Sequence record: OP778609 | DNA length: 64,000 nucleotides | Origin: Escherichia phage A73 | Direction: 5' to 3' (one strand) | Shown here: piece by piece, positions 38,848-47,534 of the stretch | Layout of the letters: the number at the start of each line of letters is the position of its first letter | How positions within the stretch are numbered: the first letter of the stretch is position 1 | Notes under the pieces: generated by a model | The model's database searches: none | What the model saw: only the letters and a program-made list of their open reading frames with translations | What the model was told of the DNA's origin: nothing | Position numbers and translations under genes: made by a program

Positions 38848-38952
38848 CAAAAGAAGGGGCCTAAACAGGCCCCTATAAGCATAAACAAGCACAAGACGAT
38901 AAATGACCTTACCAAAGATAAAAGGTCCTCACAAACGCATACAGGAGCTTAC

Positions 38953-39771
38953 ATGGCCTATCGTAAATTTGACCCACTAATCATTTATGAAGTTGTCCCA
39001 ATGAGTGTCTCCAATCCTCATGGTTTGCAATCACCTACTCCACTTGACCATAAGACAATGATCAGGAATGCAGAGTACACCTTAAGAGATCTTGAGAACG
39101 AAGAGATTGAAAGTGCTGTGCATGGATTGAAAGACCTGATCCGTGAACTTGATACGGATGATTCTGTTCAAGAATATATTGAAAAGTCAGAGGCGCTAAT
39201 CACGAAGTTTCATGAGTACCGCACTAAGGTATCGCGTATTCTTGATGAAGCTTTTGATCCTTCATCAAAAGACCCGATAAATGATGACAAGGCAATAGCC
39301 TTACTCAGCCAAATAGCTGACGCTACTGACAGCATGGACCCTGGTTTTGTAAGGGCTGATCATACCTGTGTAGATCAGTTTCCTTTAGCCTATCTTAAAT
39401 CCAAAAAAGCATTTGGTAGTCTGGCTTTTGTCTGGGAGTATGAGAAAGATTCCCTTACTCGTTACATCAATCGGGTAGGTAAGAAAGATACTTCAGTTAC
39501 GTTAAATATCTTTTGTGATGGTTCCTTGATGGTCCATAACAACTGGACAAAAGAGAGCATCCTCTTTGGTAAAGAAAGAGATCAGAAATTTAAACTGGTA
39601 AACTATATCCGTTTCGCAACAGAGGATAGTAAAATGGGTAAGTCATTTAAAGAGGAGGACTTTAAAACTTTCTTTGAGGATTGGCTTTCCCCAACAGAAG
39701 AAGAGATCCAACTCTTCAAGGCTGTAAATGGGGATGTTTCATTTGACCTGTACACACTCTTTAACGAGTGA
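38953..39771 (+). CDS. hypothetical protein
   Basis: 272 aa; RBS CAGGAG. Confidence 0.55.
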   Translation: MAYRKFDPLIIYEVVPMSVSNPHGLQSPTPLDHKTMIRNAEYTLRDLENEEIESAVHGLKDLIRELDTDDSVQEYIEKSEALITKFHEYRTKVSRILDEAFDPSSKDPINDDKAIALLSQIADATDSMDPGFVRADHTCVDQFPLAYLKSKKAFGSLAFVWEYEKDSLTRYINRVGKKDTSVTLNIFCDGSLMVHNNWTKESILFGKERDQKFKLVNYIRFATEDSKMGKSFKEEDFKTFFEDWLSPTEEEIQLFKAVNGDVSFDLYTLFNE

Positions 39772-39800
39772 TATTTGTTTGCTAAAACAAATTCAGATTT

Positions 39801-39890
39801 CAGATTCAAAATCTATTTGAGATATTTCCCTGTGATATTTGTTTCATGGGGAATTTTCAGATTTCAATTTGAAATTCTATTTGAGATAAA
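39801..39890. repeat. two copies of a roughly 33-bp AT-rich element containing palindromes
   Basis: TTCAGATTTCAGATTCAAAATCTATTTGAGATA and TTCAGATTTCAATTTGAAATTCTATTTGAGATA; the second contains the perfect palindrome ATTTCAATTTGAAAT. Confidence 0.6.
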
Positions 39891-40065
39891 TTTAAGACTC
39901 TTGCCACCGTGTTACATCCATACTGTTTCATTCCTACATACCCCGCACCACTAGAACAACTAAGCTGATGCCTCGCTTACAGACACATCCTCCAGATTCA
40001 ATACGTTACTGTTCCAGTGTACATACGACACAAAGCAAACATACGACACCAGTGACCAAAATAAT

Positions 40066-40240
40066 TTGAGAACTTGAGGGGTTTTTCATTTTTTAGATCG
40101 TAACCTGAAAGTTGTGAACGAGAACTTGAGAGGTTTTTCGATAGAGAAATTAGGAACTTGAGAGGTTTTTCATTTTTAAGTTTGCATTTGAAATTGAGAA
40201 CTTGAGCTACAGGCCAGATACTTGAGGGGTTTTTCAAATT
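40066..40240 (+). repeat. iteron-like direct repeats (four to five copies of AACTTGAGRGGTTTTTC)
   Basis: Copies near 40068, 40120, 40153 and 40221, partial copy near 40196; one further copy near 31381. Confidence 0.65.
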
Positions 40241-40599
40241 TCAGTTTCATTTCAAAATTTAAAAATTTTTTATATGCACAAAAATATAGGGGTTGTCAAG
40301 GTCTTTGATAAGAAATTTTTCAGGGGGTGAGAATTATTCTCATTTTCAGAATAGCAGGCAGGGGTGGTGATTGCTTCGTGAAACCGTCCTCATCACCATG
40401 AATACATAATATCACCATTCTTGATCCGAAAGCAAGAACATTTTAAAAATATTTTTCGGTAAATTTTGGGCGAGCTACCGGCGATCCACCTTACAACCTG
40501 GCGGCGATGCCTGGTATGTTAGCCCCGCCTTTACGCCGTGGGGATGGCGATTGTTTTCCTATGCAGGTAGTATGGCCCCTGGCGGGGCCGTTGTCAACA

Positions 40600-40884
40600 T
40601 TATTTTTTATTTTCTTGCCAGGAAAGAACGCCTAACCAAAAATGCACGTTGCCCCGAGCGTCCTGCGGTATCTTGCTTTCTTTACCGCCACCACACGCCC
40701 AAAGATAACCATCGGTAAACGTATCAAGGTAGTCCATATCTTCCACCTTTCGATCCGCCAGGTTAAGGATAGTATTAACGTCTAAGCCTGTTGCGCTTGC
40801 TAACTGGTAGACCGTGCCGCCTTGCCAGCCTAACGAGTGCATAAGATGCAAAGTAGTAGTAGTAGCAGTAGTGATGGTAGTCAT
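40600..40884 (-). CDS. hypothetical protein (isolated antisense ORF in a locally GC-rich segment)
   Basis: 94-aa ORF; RBS AAGGG; surrounding 500 bp visibly more GC-rich than flanking sequence. Confidence 0.35.
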   Translation of the reverse strand: MTTITTATTTTLHLMHSLGWQGGTVYQLASATGLDVNTILNLADRKVEDMDYLDTFTDGYLWACGGGKESKIPQDARGNVHFWLGVLSWQENKK

Positions 40885-40998
40885 GGTGTCGCCCTTTCTT
40901 CTGTTGTTGTGCGCCCTGGTTGGCGCGGTAAAAAGACTATAAATGATCTTCCTTTATATGGCAAGGAAAAAGAAAATTAAAAAAGATTGAAAATAATG

Positions 40999-41027
40999 TT
41001 GACGTGGTGAATCTGGTAGCGTAGTAT
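40999..41027 (+). promoter_or_regulatory. sigma70-like promoter (first of the early cluster)
   Basis: TTGACG-N17-TAGTAT followed by a CATCTCATCG leader. Confidence 0.55.
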
Positions 41028-41084
41028 TCATCTCATCGAACGGCGACATGCCAACAAGTAAACAAATAAAAGGGCAACAACAAA

Positions 41085-41270
41085 ATGAATAAAAGAATTA
41101 CAAACGTAAATCCTGGCGAACGTTTCCAACATGAGGGGCATTTGCACACTGTAGTAAGCAACAAAGAGCATACTGTAAGAGTAAATAGAAATATCTTGCA
41201 ACTTCGCGATCGTTTTGGTATCGTACAGACTTACACTTTCGAAGCAAATAAAACAGTTAAAACTTTCTGA
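41085..41270 (+). CDS. hypothetical early protein
   Basis: 61-aa ORF downstream of a promoter. Confidence 0.45.
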   Translation: MNKRITNVNPGERFQHEGHLHTVVSNKEHTVRVNRNILQLRDRFGIVQTYTFEANKTVKTF

Positions 41271-41281
41271 GGATTTTTAAA

Positions 41282-41617
41282 ATGGCACTAGTCACTAAGT
41301 ATTTCATTGAAGGCCAGCAAGCGGCGCAACAAGGTTACAGCCGTGTTACTCGTTATAAGAAAGAAGAAAACAAGATTGAATTTTTCAAGGGTTACGATAG
41401 TGTAAACCGTGATGCAATGGTCCTACGCTTCGAATCCGATCCAGTGGGCAAGCCTGTTACCTCTTACCAGGCATCACCGCAGATTGTTTATGTTGGTACT
41501 GTTAAAGAATGTAACGACAAGTTAATCACTTTGAAGCAGGCCGATCGTGCGGGTTACTTTGTTGTTTACACTGCTGACGGTAAGCCTTACCAGTACGAAA
41601 GCAAATATTTTAAATAA
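41282..41617 (+). CDS. hypothetical early protein
   Basis: 111 aa; RBS GAGGA. Confidence 0.5.
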   Translation: MALVTKYFIEGQQAAQQGYSRVTRYKKEENKIEFFKGYDSVNRDAMVLRFESDPVGKPVTSYQASPQIVYVGTVKECNDKLITLKQADRAGYFVVYTADGKPYQYESKYFK

Positions 41618-41707
41618 AAAGTATTGACAGAAAGAAAGAAGTAAATTAAATTATACCACGTAACGCCGCAATCGTGCGGCAATAAAAACTGATAGGAATT
41701 GAACAAA

Positions 41708-41920
41708 ATGGCTAAAATCATCATTAAAAAATCCCGTGTATCTTCTGTTGCTCGCGTCGAAATGGTAAACACTATGCCAGGTTACCGGACTCGCGAGGAA
41801 GCCCGAAGCGTTGCAAAACAGATTAAAGCCCGTGGCTTAACTGTAAGTGCACCGACCAAAACACAAGAAGGATGGAAGGTATCTATTAAATCCGGTACAC
41901 TGTCAATCAATAAACACTAA
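41708..41920 (+). CDS. hypothetical early protein
   Basis: 70 aa from the ATG (track start is an upstream TTG at 41699); RBS AGGAA; basic protein. Confidence 0.45.
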   Translation: MAKIIIKKSRVSSVARVEMVNTMPGYRTREEARSVAKQIKARGLTVSAPTKTQEGWKVSIKSGTLSINKH

Positions 41921-41983
41921 TAGCCAAAACATTAACGGGGCAACTTTGCCCCTCATTAAATAACATTATCCAGGAGTATTAAC

Positions 41984-42142
41984 ATGACTAGCCAAAACAC
42001 TAACATTGAAAAAATCAACATTACTAAAGAGCGTAAAGCATGGAATGAAACATTAAATCTCAAAGGTAAGAAGCTAAATAAAACTAAACGCGATCGCAGT
42101 ACAAAGCGGGCCTTTTGTGAATTTACAGCGGATCAAGAATGA
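41984..42142 (+). CDS. hypothetical small basic protein
   Basis: 52-aa ORF absent from the track; preceded by GGGGCAACTTTGCCCC hairpin and RBS CAGGAG. Confidence 0.4.
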   Translation: MTSQNTNIEKINITKERKAWNETLNLKGKKLNKTKRDRSTKRAFCEFTADQE

Positions 42143-42438
42143 TGATTAAAGTTATTGCACTTACTACTTTATTGTGTATACCATTTTTGGCGCACGGTAC
42201 TAAGTTTTACGGTGCTAACTTGATAGATTGTAAAGCTCATATGCTGGACCATGAAACAGGCAACAAATTTGTTAAGCCTTTCCAGATCAATCCAGCGGCA
42301 TTTAGTGACGGTGTTTTGTATCAGGAAGGTAAAGCCAGTACGCTGATAATCCATTACGATCCAGCGACAAAGAAAGGTAGCTTATCAATCCAGATTGAAG
42401 GCGCGGAAGAGTTTTCAGGTAAAATAATCTGCAATTAA
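42139..42438 (+). CDS. secreted small protein
   Basis: 99 aa; N-terminal signal peptide (ALTTLLCIPFLAHG). Confidence 0.5.
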   Translation: MMIKVIALTTLLCIPFLAHGTKFYGANLIDCKAHMLDHETGNKFVKPFQINPAAFSDGVLYQEGKASTLIIHYDPATKKGSLSIQIEGAEEFSGKIICN

Positions 42439-42444
42439 TATGTT

Positions 42445-42476
42445 AAGGCCCGCCATTGTGCGGGCCTTTCTTTTAT
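42445..42476 (+). terminator. rho-independent terminator
   Basis: GGCCCGCCATTGTGCGGGCC hairpin plus TTTCTTTTAT. Confidence 0.7.
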
Positions 42477-42498
42477 GAAAATAATTTTGAAAATGTTG

Positions 42499-42526
42499 TT
42501 GACAGCACCGATTAAAAGCGTATAAT
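42499..42526 (+). promoter_or_regulatory. sigma70-like promoter with leader hairpin and no downstream ORF
   Basis: TTGACA-N16-TATAAT; leader hairpin CGGGGAACCAAACAAGTAACTCCCCG near 42541-42566; no ORF before the next promoter. Confidence 0.55.
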
Positions 42527-42616
42527 GTATTACATCAGGACGGGGAACCAAACAAGTAACTCCCCGTTAAGTAGTCCAGGAGTAAGACATACGAAAACCT
42601 CCCCTGATAAAATAGT

Positions 42617-42644
42617 TTGACAATAGTTTTTAGTACTGTATAAT
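42617..42644 (+). promoter_or_regulatory. sigma70-like promoter plus leader hairpin
   Basis: TTGACA-N16-TATAAT; hairpin GGGGAGAATAGTTCTCCCC near 42657-42675. Confidence 0.6.
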
Positions 42645-42695
42645 ACATTACATCAAGGGGAGAATAGTTCTCCCCACATCAAAGGAATCAAAACA

Positions 42696-42923
42696 ATGGC
42701 TATCGTAATCACTCGCGTATCTGGTACAGTTGGCAATGCGGCAGTAGTAGCGGTTATCACTAACAAGAAAGGTGCGGAACTACATTTTGCAATGTATAAC
42801 TGGTCAGTTGATGAGTTTGGTCAGTACGCTAGTGTAGAATACATTGAAACCTATCAAGTGCCGTCGATTAGTTTAACTGATTTGGGCGTTGAGCGTATCC
42901 TTTGCCTGGATGAATTAAATTAA
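42696..42923 (+). CDS. hypothetical early protein
   Basis: 75-aa ORF with promoter, hairpin and RBS. Confidence 0.5.
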   Translation: MAIVITRVSGTVGNAAVVAVITNKKGAELHFAMYNWSVDEFGQYASVEYIETYQVPSISLTDLGVERILCLDELN

Positions 42924-42931
42924 AAAAGTAC

Positions 42932-42959
42932 TTGCAAAGTAAGTCGGATAAAGTATAAT
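42932..42959 (+). promoter_or_regulatory. sigma70-like promoter plus leader hairpin
   Basis: TTGCAA-N16-TATAAT; hairpin GGGGAGAAATGATTCTCCCC. Confidence 0.55.
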
Positions 42960-43008
42960 ACATTACATCAAGGGGAGAAATGATTCTCCCCACTAAAAGG
43001 AAACTAAA

Positions 43009-43152
43009 ATGAAAACTTGTCAGTGTGGTAAAAAGTCTATTACTGGTCTGCGTCGCGGTGTTGCTTTATGCCAGTATCATTACAATAGTCAAGTATGGGG
43101 TAAAACGTGGGCTGACCAGGTTGAAGCAGCAAATAAAGCAAAAAGTAATTGA
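43009..43152 (+). CDS. small zinc-ribbon-like protein
   Basis: 47-aa ORF absent from the track; CQCG ... CQYH; own promoter, hairpin and RBS. Confidence 0.45.
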   Translation: MKTCQCGKKSITGLRRGVALCQYHYNSQVWGKTWADQVEAANKAKSN

Positions 43153-43176
43153 CAGTAAGAAGAAAAAGAGTAAACT
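43149..43176 (+). promoter_or_regulatory. sigma70-like promoter plus leader hairpin
   Basis: TTGACA-N16-TAAACT; hairpin GCGGCAATAGCGCCGC. Confidence 0.55.
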
Positions 43177-43227
43177 GTATTACGTAGAGCGGCAATAGCG
43201 CCGCCACATCAAAGAGAGAGAATCAAA

Positions 43228-43440
43228 ATGGCTAATATCCGCACTGCACTGAAAAATGCAAAACAAGTTTTATTCTCTGACGAGGAAGTATTTAATAAAG
43301 ATATTACAGGCGTTCGAAATCTTAAAGATATCTATGACATTTTCAGTATACGCATGAATATGAAACGTGTTGGAACGTTCGGGAATAAAGTACTGTATCA
43401 GAACGGTGATTATAATTTTACACTGACTATTATTAGTTGA
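43228..43440 (+). CDS. hypothetical early protein
   Basis: 70-aa ORF. Confidence 0.5.
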   Translation: MANIRTALKNAKQVLFSDEEVFNKDITGVRNLKDIYDIFSIRMNMKRVGTFGNKVLYQNGDYNFTLTIIS

Positions 43441-43533
43441 AAGTTTTAGTCTAGCGCTATTGACTTAAACCGATAGTGCTGGCATAATAACTTTTATCAA
43501 GTAGTACAAATCAAACAAAGAGAGAATACAATC

Positions 43534-43773
43534 ATGGCTAATAACAAAACTTTCAACGGTCACAAAAACAAAACTCATTGGAATGTTTCCTTGTGGATTA
43601 ATAACGATGCATCACTGTATCGACTGGCTAATGATTTCATCGCCGCTAACACTAATCGTAACGATGCGGCCCGTCATATGATGTTATTTTTAGAACAAAC
43701 CGGACAACATAAAACACCGGACGGATTCAAGTATAGTACTACTGCAATCCGTGCCGCGATGGTTGGAATGTAA
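43534..43773 (+). CDS. hypothetical early protein
   Basis: 79-aa ORF; promoter-like TTGACT ... CATAAT upstream. Confidence 0.5.
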   Translation: MANNKTFNGHKNKTHWNVSLWINNDASLYRLANDFIAANTNRNDAARHMMLFLEQTGQHKTPDGFKYSTTAIRAAMVGM

Positions 43774-43787
43774 AAAGAAAAAAGTAG

Positions 43788-43816
43788 TTGACACAAACAA
43801 GCAAAACAAGTAAATT
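43788..43816 (+). promoter_or_regulatory. sigma70-like promoter plus leader hairpin
   Basis: TTGACA-N17-TAAATT; hairpin GCGGGGAATGGCCCCGC. Confidence 0.55.
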
Positions 43817-43866
43817 AATCACATCAGGCGGGGAATGGCCCCGCTAAAAGAGAAGAGAGAAATCAA

Positions 43867-44196
43867 ATGGGCTTTTTATCTATCGTACAGACTAACTTCG
43901 AAAATGATTTTATTGCTCAAGCTATCAACATTGACAAAGGTATCCCAAATATCAATTTTGGTTTCAATAGTGGTGGTTATGAGAGATACCAGTATTTTGT
44001 AACTGACGATGGAAGTGTTTTAGGTATCAATACGGTGATGGCTAATATCCAAAACATTAATTTCAATGATCCCGATGAGCGCTCATTCTATATCGTCGGT
44101 GTCCAGGTGAACTACAATGATGACTCTTTAATCGATGATTACACTGGCGAGACGTTAGAAAGTGCTTACAGTGATGAATCAGAAGAAGAAAACTAA
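43867..44196 (+). CDS. hypothetical early acidic protein
   Basis: 109 aa; strongly acidic C-terminus. Confidence 0.5.
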   Translation: MGFLSIVQTNFENDFIAQAINIDKGIPNINFGFNSGGYERYQYFVTDDGSVLGINTVMANIQNINFNDPDERSFYIVGVQVNYNDDSLIDDYTGETLESAYSDESEEEN

Positions 44197-44210
44197 TATT
44201 AAAAAAGTAG

Positions 44211-44239
44211 TTGACTGAAAGAGTATAAAGAAGTAAGAT
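44211..44239 (+). promoter_or_regulatory. sigma70-like promoter plus leader hairpin
   Basis: TTGACT-N17-TAAGAT; hairpin GGGGGAACATTTCCCCC. Confidence 0.55.
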
Positions 44240-44294
44240 AATTAACGAATAGGGGGAACATTTCCCCCGTAAACAAAAGAAAGAGAGATTAAAA

Positions 44295-44477
44295 ATGACA
44301 GAACTGATTGCAACTACAAAGATCGAAGGCGTTAACGATGTTACTTTGTCCTATGATCCTTCTACTCTGGTTTATGTTGTGAAATATGGCAGAATGATCG
44401 CAGAACTTGATTGCATTGATGAGGCTTTCGAAAAATATTTCGAACTTATCAATATTGCTTATGATGACTACCGTTAA
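44295..44477 (+). CDS. hypothetical early protein
   Basis: 60-aa ORF. Confidence 0.45.
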   Translation: MTELIATTKIEGVNDVTLSYDPSTLVYVVKYGRMIAELDCIDEAFEKYFELINIAYDDYR

Positions 44478-44507
44478 TATACAACGCAAAAATAGGAAGG
44501 TGATAAA

Positions 44508-44717
44508 ATGATCAATGAAAAAACAATCAATGACGTTCGAGAGGAAGTTTTAGCCGTTGCCGTAGAATCTGGCGCACGTCAGGCATTTTGGAAAGCTACT
44601 GATCTTTACCCTGAGCAAGCCGAAAATATTCTCAATCAGGTCAGCGTTAAACTTGAACAAATGGGAAAACTGAAAACAAGTGAGCGCCTCGACCAAATCA
44701 TTAAAGAAAGTTTTTGA
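44508..44717 (+). CDS. hypothetical early protein
   Basis: 69 aa; RBS AGGAAGG. Confidence 0.5.
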   Translation: MINEKTINDVREEVLAVAVESGARQAFWKATDLYPEQAENILNQVSVKLEQMGKLKTSERLDQIIKESF

Positions 44718-44781
44718 TTGACTTTTAACATTGCCCCTATTAGTATTCAGGGGCAAGATTAAAAGAAACAAGGACACAAAG

Positions 44782-45093
44782 ATGAACGATATTGTTAGCA
44801 TCATAGGTTTACTGGGCATAGGTTACATCGCCACATCAATTACAATGAGTTACTTCAATAAAAGGCGTGATAAAATGTTTTGTTACTTTGAGTATCGTTA
44901 CCGTGGTAAGGTTGGATCATCCCGTGACTATGGTCCGATGTTAGAGATTGATGCGGTTGGCGCTATGCAGTATCGCCAGTCACTAGGGGCTGAAATAATT
45001 TTTGAAGTGTACCGCAGTACAGAAGAAGAGATCCACGACATTATTGACGAGCGTCAATATTACCACGAACAACAAACTAAACGCAGGGCTTAA
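44782..45093 (+). CDS. small membrane protein
   Basis: Start set at the ATG with RBS AAGGA; N-terminal TM helix (IVSIIGLLGIGYIATSI); track ORF begins at 44731. Confidence 0.5.
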   Translation: MNDIVSIIGLLGIGYIATSITMSYFNKRRDKMFCYFEYRYRGKVGSSRDYGPMLEIDAVGAMQYRQSLGAEIIFEVYRSTEEEIHDIIDERQYYHEQQTKRRA

Positions 45094-45096
45094 CAT

Positions 45097-45237
45097 ATGA
45101 CTAATACAAACCGACAAAAAATCATCAAAACTAAAAAACTTGATTTCGATACTTATCAAGAATGTAAGAAGAAGAAAGTAAAAGATAAGCGAGAGAACAA
45201 GCGGCACGAATGGATCACTAATACAATCGATCTTTAA
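45097..45237 (+). CDS. hypothetical small basic protein
   Basis: 46-aa Lys-rich ORF absent from the track; weak RBS. Confidence 0.3.
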   Translation: MTNTNRQKIIKTKKLDFDTYQECKKKKVKDKRENKRHEWITNTIDL

Positions 45238-45284
45238 CAATCAAGGCCCGCTATAATGTGGGCCTTTCTTTATGGAGAACAGAC

Positions 45285-45512
45285 ATGATTAATATTCTTT
45301 CACTTACAGAAGTGATCCGCTTCCTCAAAAACAACGCCCTGGGAACGTCTATAACGTATCTAATCCCTCAAGGTAAGGATTATGCCAGTGTTACACGTTC
45401 AATCACTGCTACGGCCTCCAGAGAAGAAATAAAGGTCAGTGTAAGCCAATTGCTCATCGTTGATCCTTCCTCCTGTGAAACAATCCAGGCTGTAAAGATA
45501 ATTAGAAAATAA
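45285..45512 (+). CDS. hypothetical early protein
   Basis: Start set at the ATG with RBS GGAGA; the track GTG start at 45258 lies inside the terminator hairpin. Confidence 0.45.
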   Translation: MINILSLTEVIRFLKNNALGTSITYLIPQGKDYASVTRSITATASREEIKVSVSQLLIVDPSSCETIQAVKIIRK

Positions 45513-45597
45513 TTTAAAAAACTTATTGCATCCATTATCGAGAAGATGTACATTAGTTTCATCAAGACGAGATGAAGATAACCCAAAGGTGATTGCT

Positions 45598-45891
45598 ATG
45601 TTATACGAAGTTTTTGCAGGTTTCTGTTTTTATGGTGCTGCCGCCGTTCGCCAGTGTGATGACTATGTAGTTGAGTCATTCGATGATCCTTTGGCGTGTG
45701 AGATTGTTACTACAGCTTATGAGCAAGATCGCCGTTGGATTAATCCAGCCTGTATCGCATCGCCTGAGGTTGAACCTATGCCGGAAGGTGAGGAATTAAC
45801 AGAGGAAGACTTGCAAGAAGTAAAAGAAGTTATGAGCTACATGATTGATAATCTGGACGCTGAAAACTTACAACGTGCATTGCAAAAATAA
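45598..45891 (+). CDS. hypothetical early acidic protein
   Basis: 97 aa from the internal ATG with RBS AAAGGTGA; the track start at 45526 lies inside the promoter. Confidence 0.45.
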   Translation: MLYEVFAGFCFYGAAAVRQCDDYVVESFDDPLACEIVTTAYEQDRRWINPACIASPEVEPMPEGEELTEEDLQEVKEVMSYMIDNLDAENLQRALQK

Positions 45892-45905
45892 TTTTAAAAA
45901 AGTAG

Positions 45906-45934
45906 TTGACTCGAAGAAACAAAACAATTAAATT
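45906..45934 (+). promoter_or_regulatory. sigma70-like promoter plus leader hairpin
   Basis: TTGACT-N17-TAAATT; hairpin GCGGGGAATGGCCCCGC, near-identical to the module at 43788. Confidence 0.55.
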
Positions 45935-45984
45935 AATCACATGAGGCGGGGAATGGCCCCGCTGAACAAAAAGAGATTATGAAA

Positions 45985-46359
45985 ATGGCTAAAAATACTA
46001 ACGTTTGTGATTACGCTGATCTGGTTACTCTGAATGCAGATTCTAAAATCAACCTGTCAAACGTGGAAGCGGTGCACGTCCTGGCCCGCCGCTGGTTCCA
46101 AAAGTTATATGGTAATACTTATTTCTCTTTAAGTGTAGATGTGGAGATCGCTGGTAAATTGGTAGAAGTAGTTAACGTCCCGTTTAAATATGGTTATGGT
46201 GATCATTTCGATACCGTGGCACTGGAAGAATTTAGCAAGGTTATCAACATGGAAGGAAAAGAGTTTTCAGAGTATAGTTACCTTTCCCGTTTTTGCCGTG
46301 ACAATAACATCCCTGTTTATTCGAACGCTGTTGATGTTAAACGCAAAAAAGATATGTAA
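45985..46359 (+). CDS. hypothetical early protein
   Basis: Start taken at the second ATG (MAKNTNV); track start 45979. Confidence 0.5.
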   Translation: MAKNTNVCDYADLVTLNADSKINLSNVEAVHVLARRWFQKLYGNTYFSLSVDVEIAGKLVEVVNVPFKYGYGDHFDTVALEEFSKVINMEGKEFSEYSYLSRFCRDNNIPVYSNAVDVKRKKDM

Positions 46360-46365
46360 TTATTA

Positions 46366-46393
46366 TTGACAGTACATAGAAAACAAGTAAACT
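46366..46393 (+). promoter_or_regulatory. sigma70-like promoter plus leader hairpin
   Basis: TTGACA-N16-TAAACT; hairpin AGCGGGAACACTTCCCGCT. Confidence 0.55.
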
Positions 46394-46446
46394 GTATTAC
46401 ATAGAAAGCGGGAACACTTCCCGCTTATATTCCAGGAGTAAGAGAA

Positions 46447-46698
46447 ATGATCGAACAAATCAAAACTACGACGGCTAATGTAACGGGTACAGTATCGCAC
46501 TTCATTAGTGATGAATCACGGGGCGTTCCTTATTGTGCAGTACATATAAACAAAAATGGCGACTACTGGTTAACGGCGTATGGATCTTATTCTTTCGGAC
46601 GTAGTGCACACCAAAAGATCCTAGATAAAGTACAGCCAACGGGTAAAAATATTACCGCTGAGATGTTTAATAAATCACTTGCAAAGTTAAAAGCGTAA
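46447..46698 (+). CDS. hypothetical early protein
   Basis: 83 aa; RBS CAGGAG. Confidence 0.5.
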   Translation: MIEQIKTTTANVTGTVSHFISDESRGVPYCAVHINKNGDYWLTAYGSYSFGRSAHQKILDKVQPTGKNITAEMFNKSLAKLKA

Positions 46699-46759
46699 AG
46701 TATAATACATCACATCAGGCGGGGAGTGTTTCCCCGCCACAAAACGAAAGGCCAACAAA

Positions 46760-46930
46760 ATGAAAGCAAGCATGATGGTAGCGACTGTAAACATTATCAT
46801 TGGTAACGGAACTGGACACCACGAAATCATAAAAAACAAGGCTTACTCTATTAGCTCCCTCAAAAACGACATGCGTTTATCTTTGGGCCAAATCCGCGCT
46901 TACTTTCGTGAAGGCTATCAGAAAAAGTAG
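46760..46930 (+). CDS. hypothetical small protein
   Basis: 56-aa ORF absent from the track; preceded by a TATAAT element and GCGGGGAGTGTTTCCCCGCC hairpin. Confidence 0.4.
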   Translation: MKASMMVATVNIIIGNGTGHHEIIKNKAYSISSLKNDMRLSLGQIRAYFREGYQKK

Positions 46931-46998
46931 CAAATTAATAGTTGACGCAAAGGTCATTTTAATTTAATCTATAACAAATCGACAAATGAGGCATAATC

Positions 46999-47301
46999 AT
47001 GTTTACCAAAGCAAATGAGTATTTCTTTTTAGATTTACTTGATGAAAGTATCTTTGTAGCTATGGGCAAAAAGTCAATGGTCTTTAAACGCAAAAAAGAT
47101 AATGGTGAATTTGAAGATAGCGAAGCCGTGCTAACAGTCAAGGAAGGTAAAGAACCTGCAACGTCTGTTTTAATCTACACCTTGACCAACGGCGGTGAAG
47201 TTATCGCATCAGGTAGTAGCCATCCGATCCCAAAATCGGAAGTGAACACTGTAATTATTGGTTTTGTTGCAGCTTGTTTCTACGAGGAAAAAAGCAAATG
47301 A
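46999..47301 (+). CDS. hypothetical early protein
   Basis: 100 aa; RBS GAGG. Confidence 0.5.
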   Translation: MFTKANEYFFLDLLDESIFVAMGKKSMVFKRKKDNGEFEDSEAVLTVKEGKEPATSVLIYTLTNGGEVIASGSSHPIPKSEVNTVIIGFVAACFYEEKSK

Positions 47302-47462
47302 ATCCGCAAAATTTATCTTATGTAAACTGGCCCAATAAGGCTGAGAAGAAAGAAAACTTGAAACGTCTGGTTAACTTTTATCGTGAAGCTGGTCATAGTA
47401 AAGTAACAGCGGTTAAAATGGCAAAGCGCCACCTTAACAAGCCAAGTACTAAACTAATTTAA
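47298..47462 (+). CDS. hypothetical small basic protein
   Basis: Start at the ATG overlapping the upstream stop (ATGA); track ORF 47274. Confidence 0.4.
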   Translation: MNPQNLSYVNWPNKAEKKENLKRLVNFYREAGHSKVTAVKMAKRHLNKPSTKLI

Positions 47463-47534
47463 AAAACTTGTTGACGTTGGCTTGTGCCGTACCTATAATG
47501 GACGGCATAGGCAAACGAAATAGGATTTATAGAA

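Noticed and set aside
41415-41440. tRNA-like T-loop sequence GCTTCGAATCC
   Set aside because: Lies inside a coding ORF (41282-41617), with no acceptor stem or anticodon arm around it; no tRNA genes were identified in the window.
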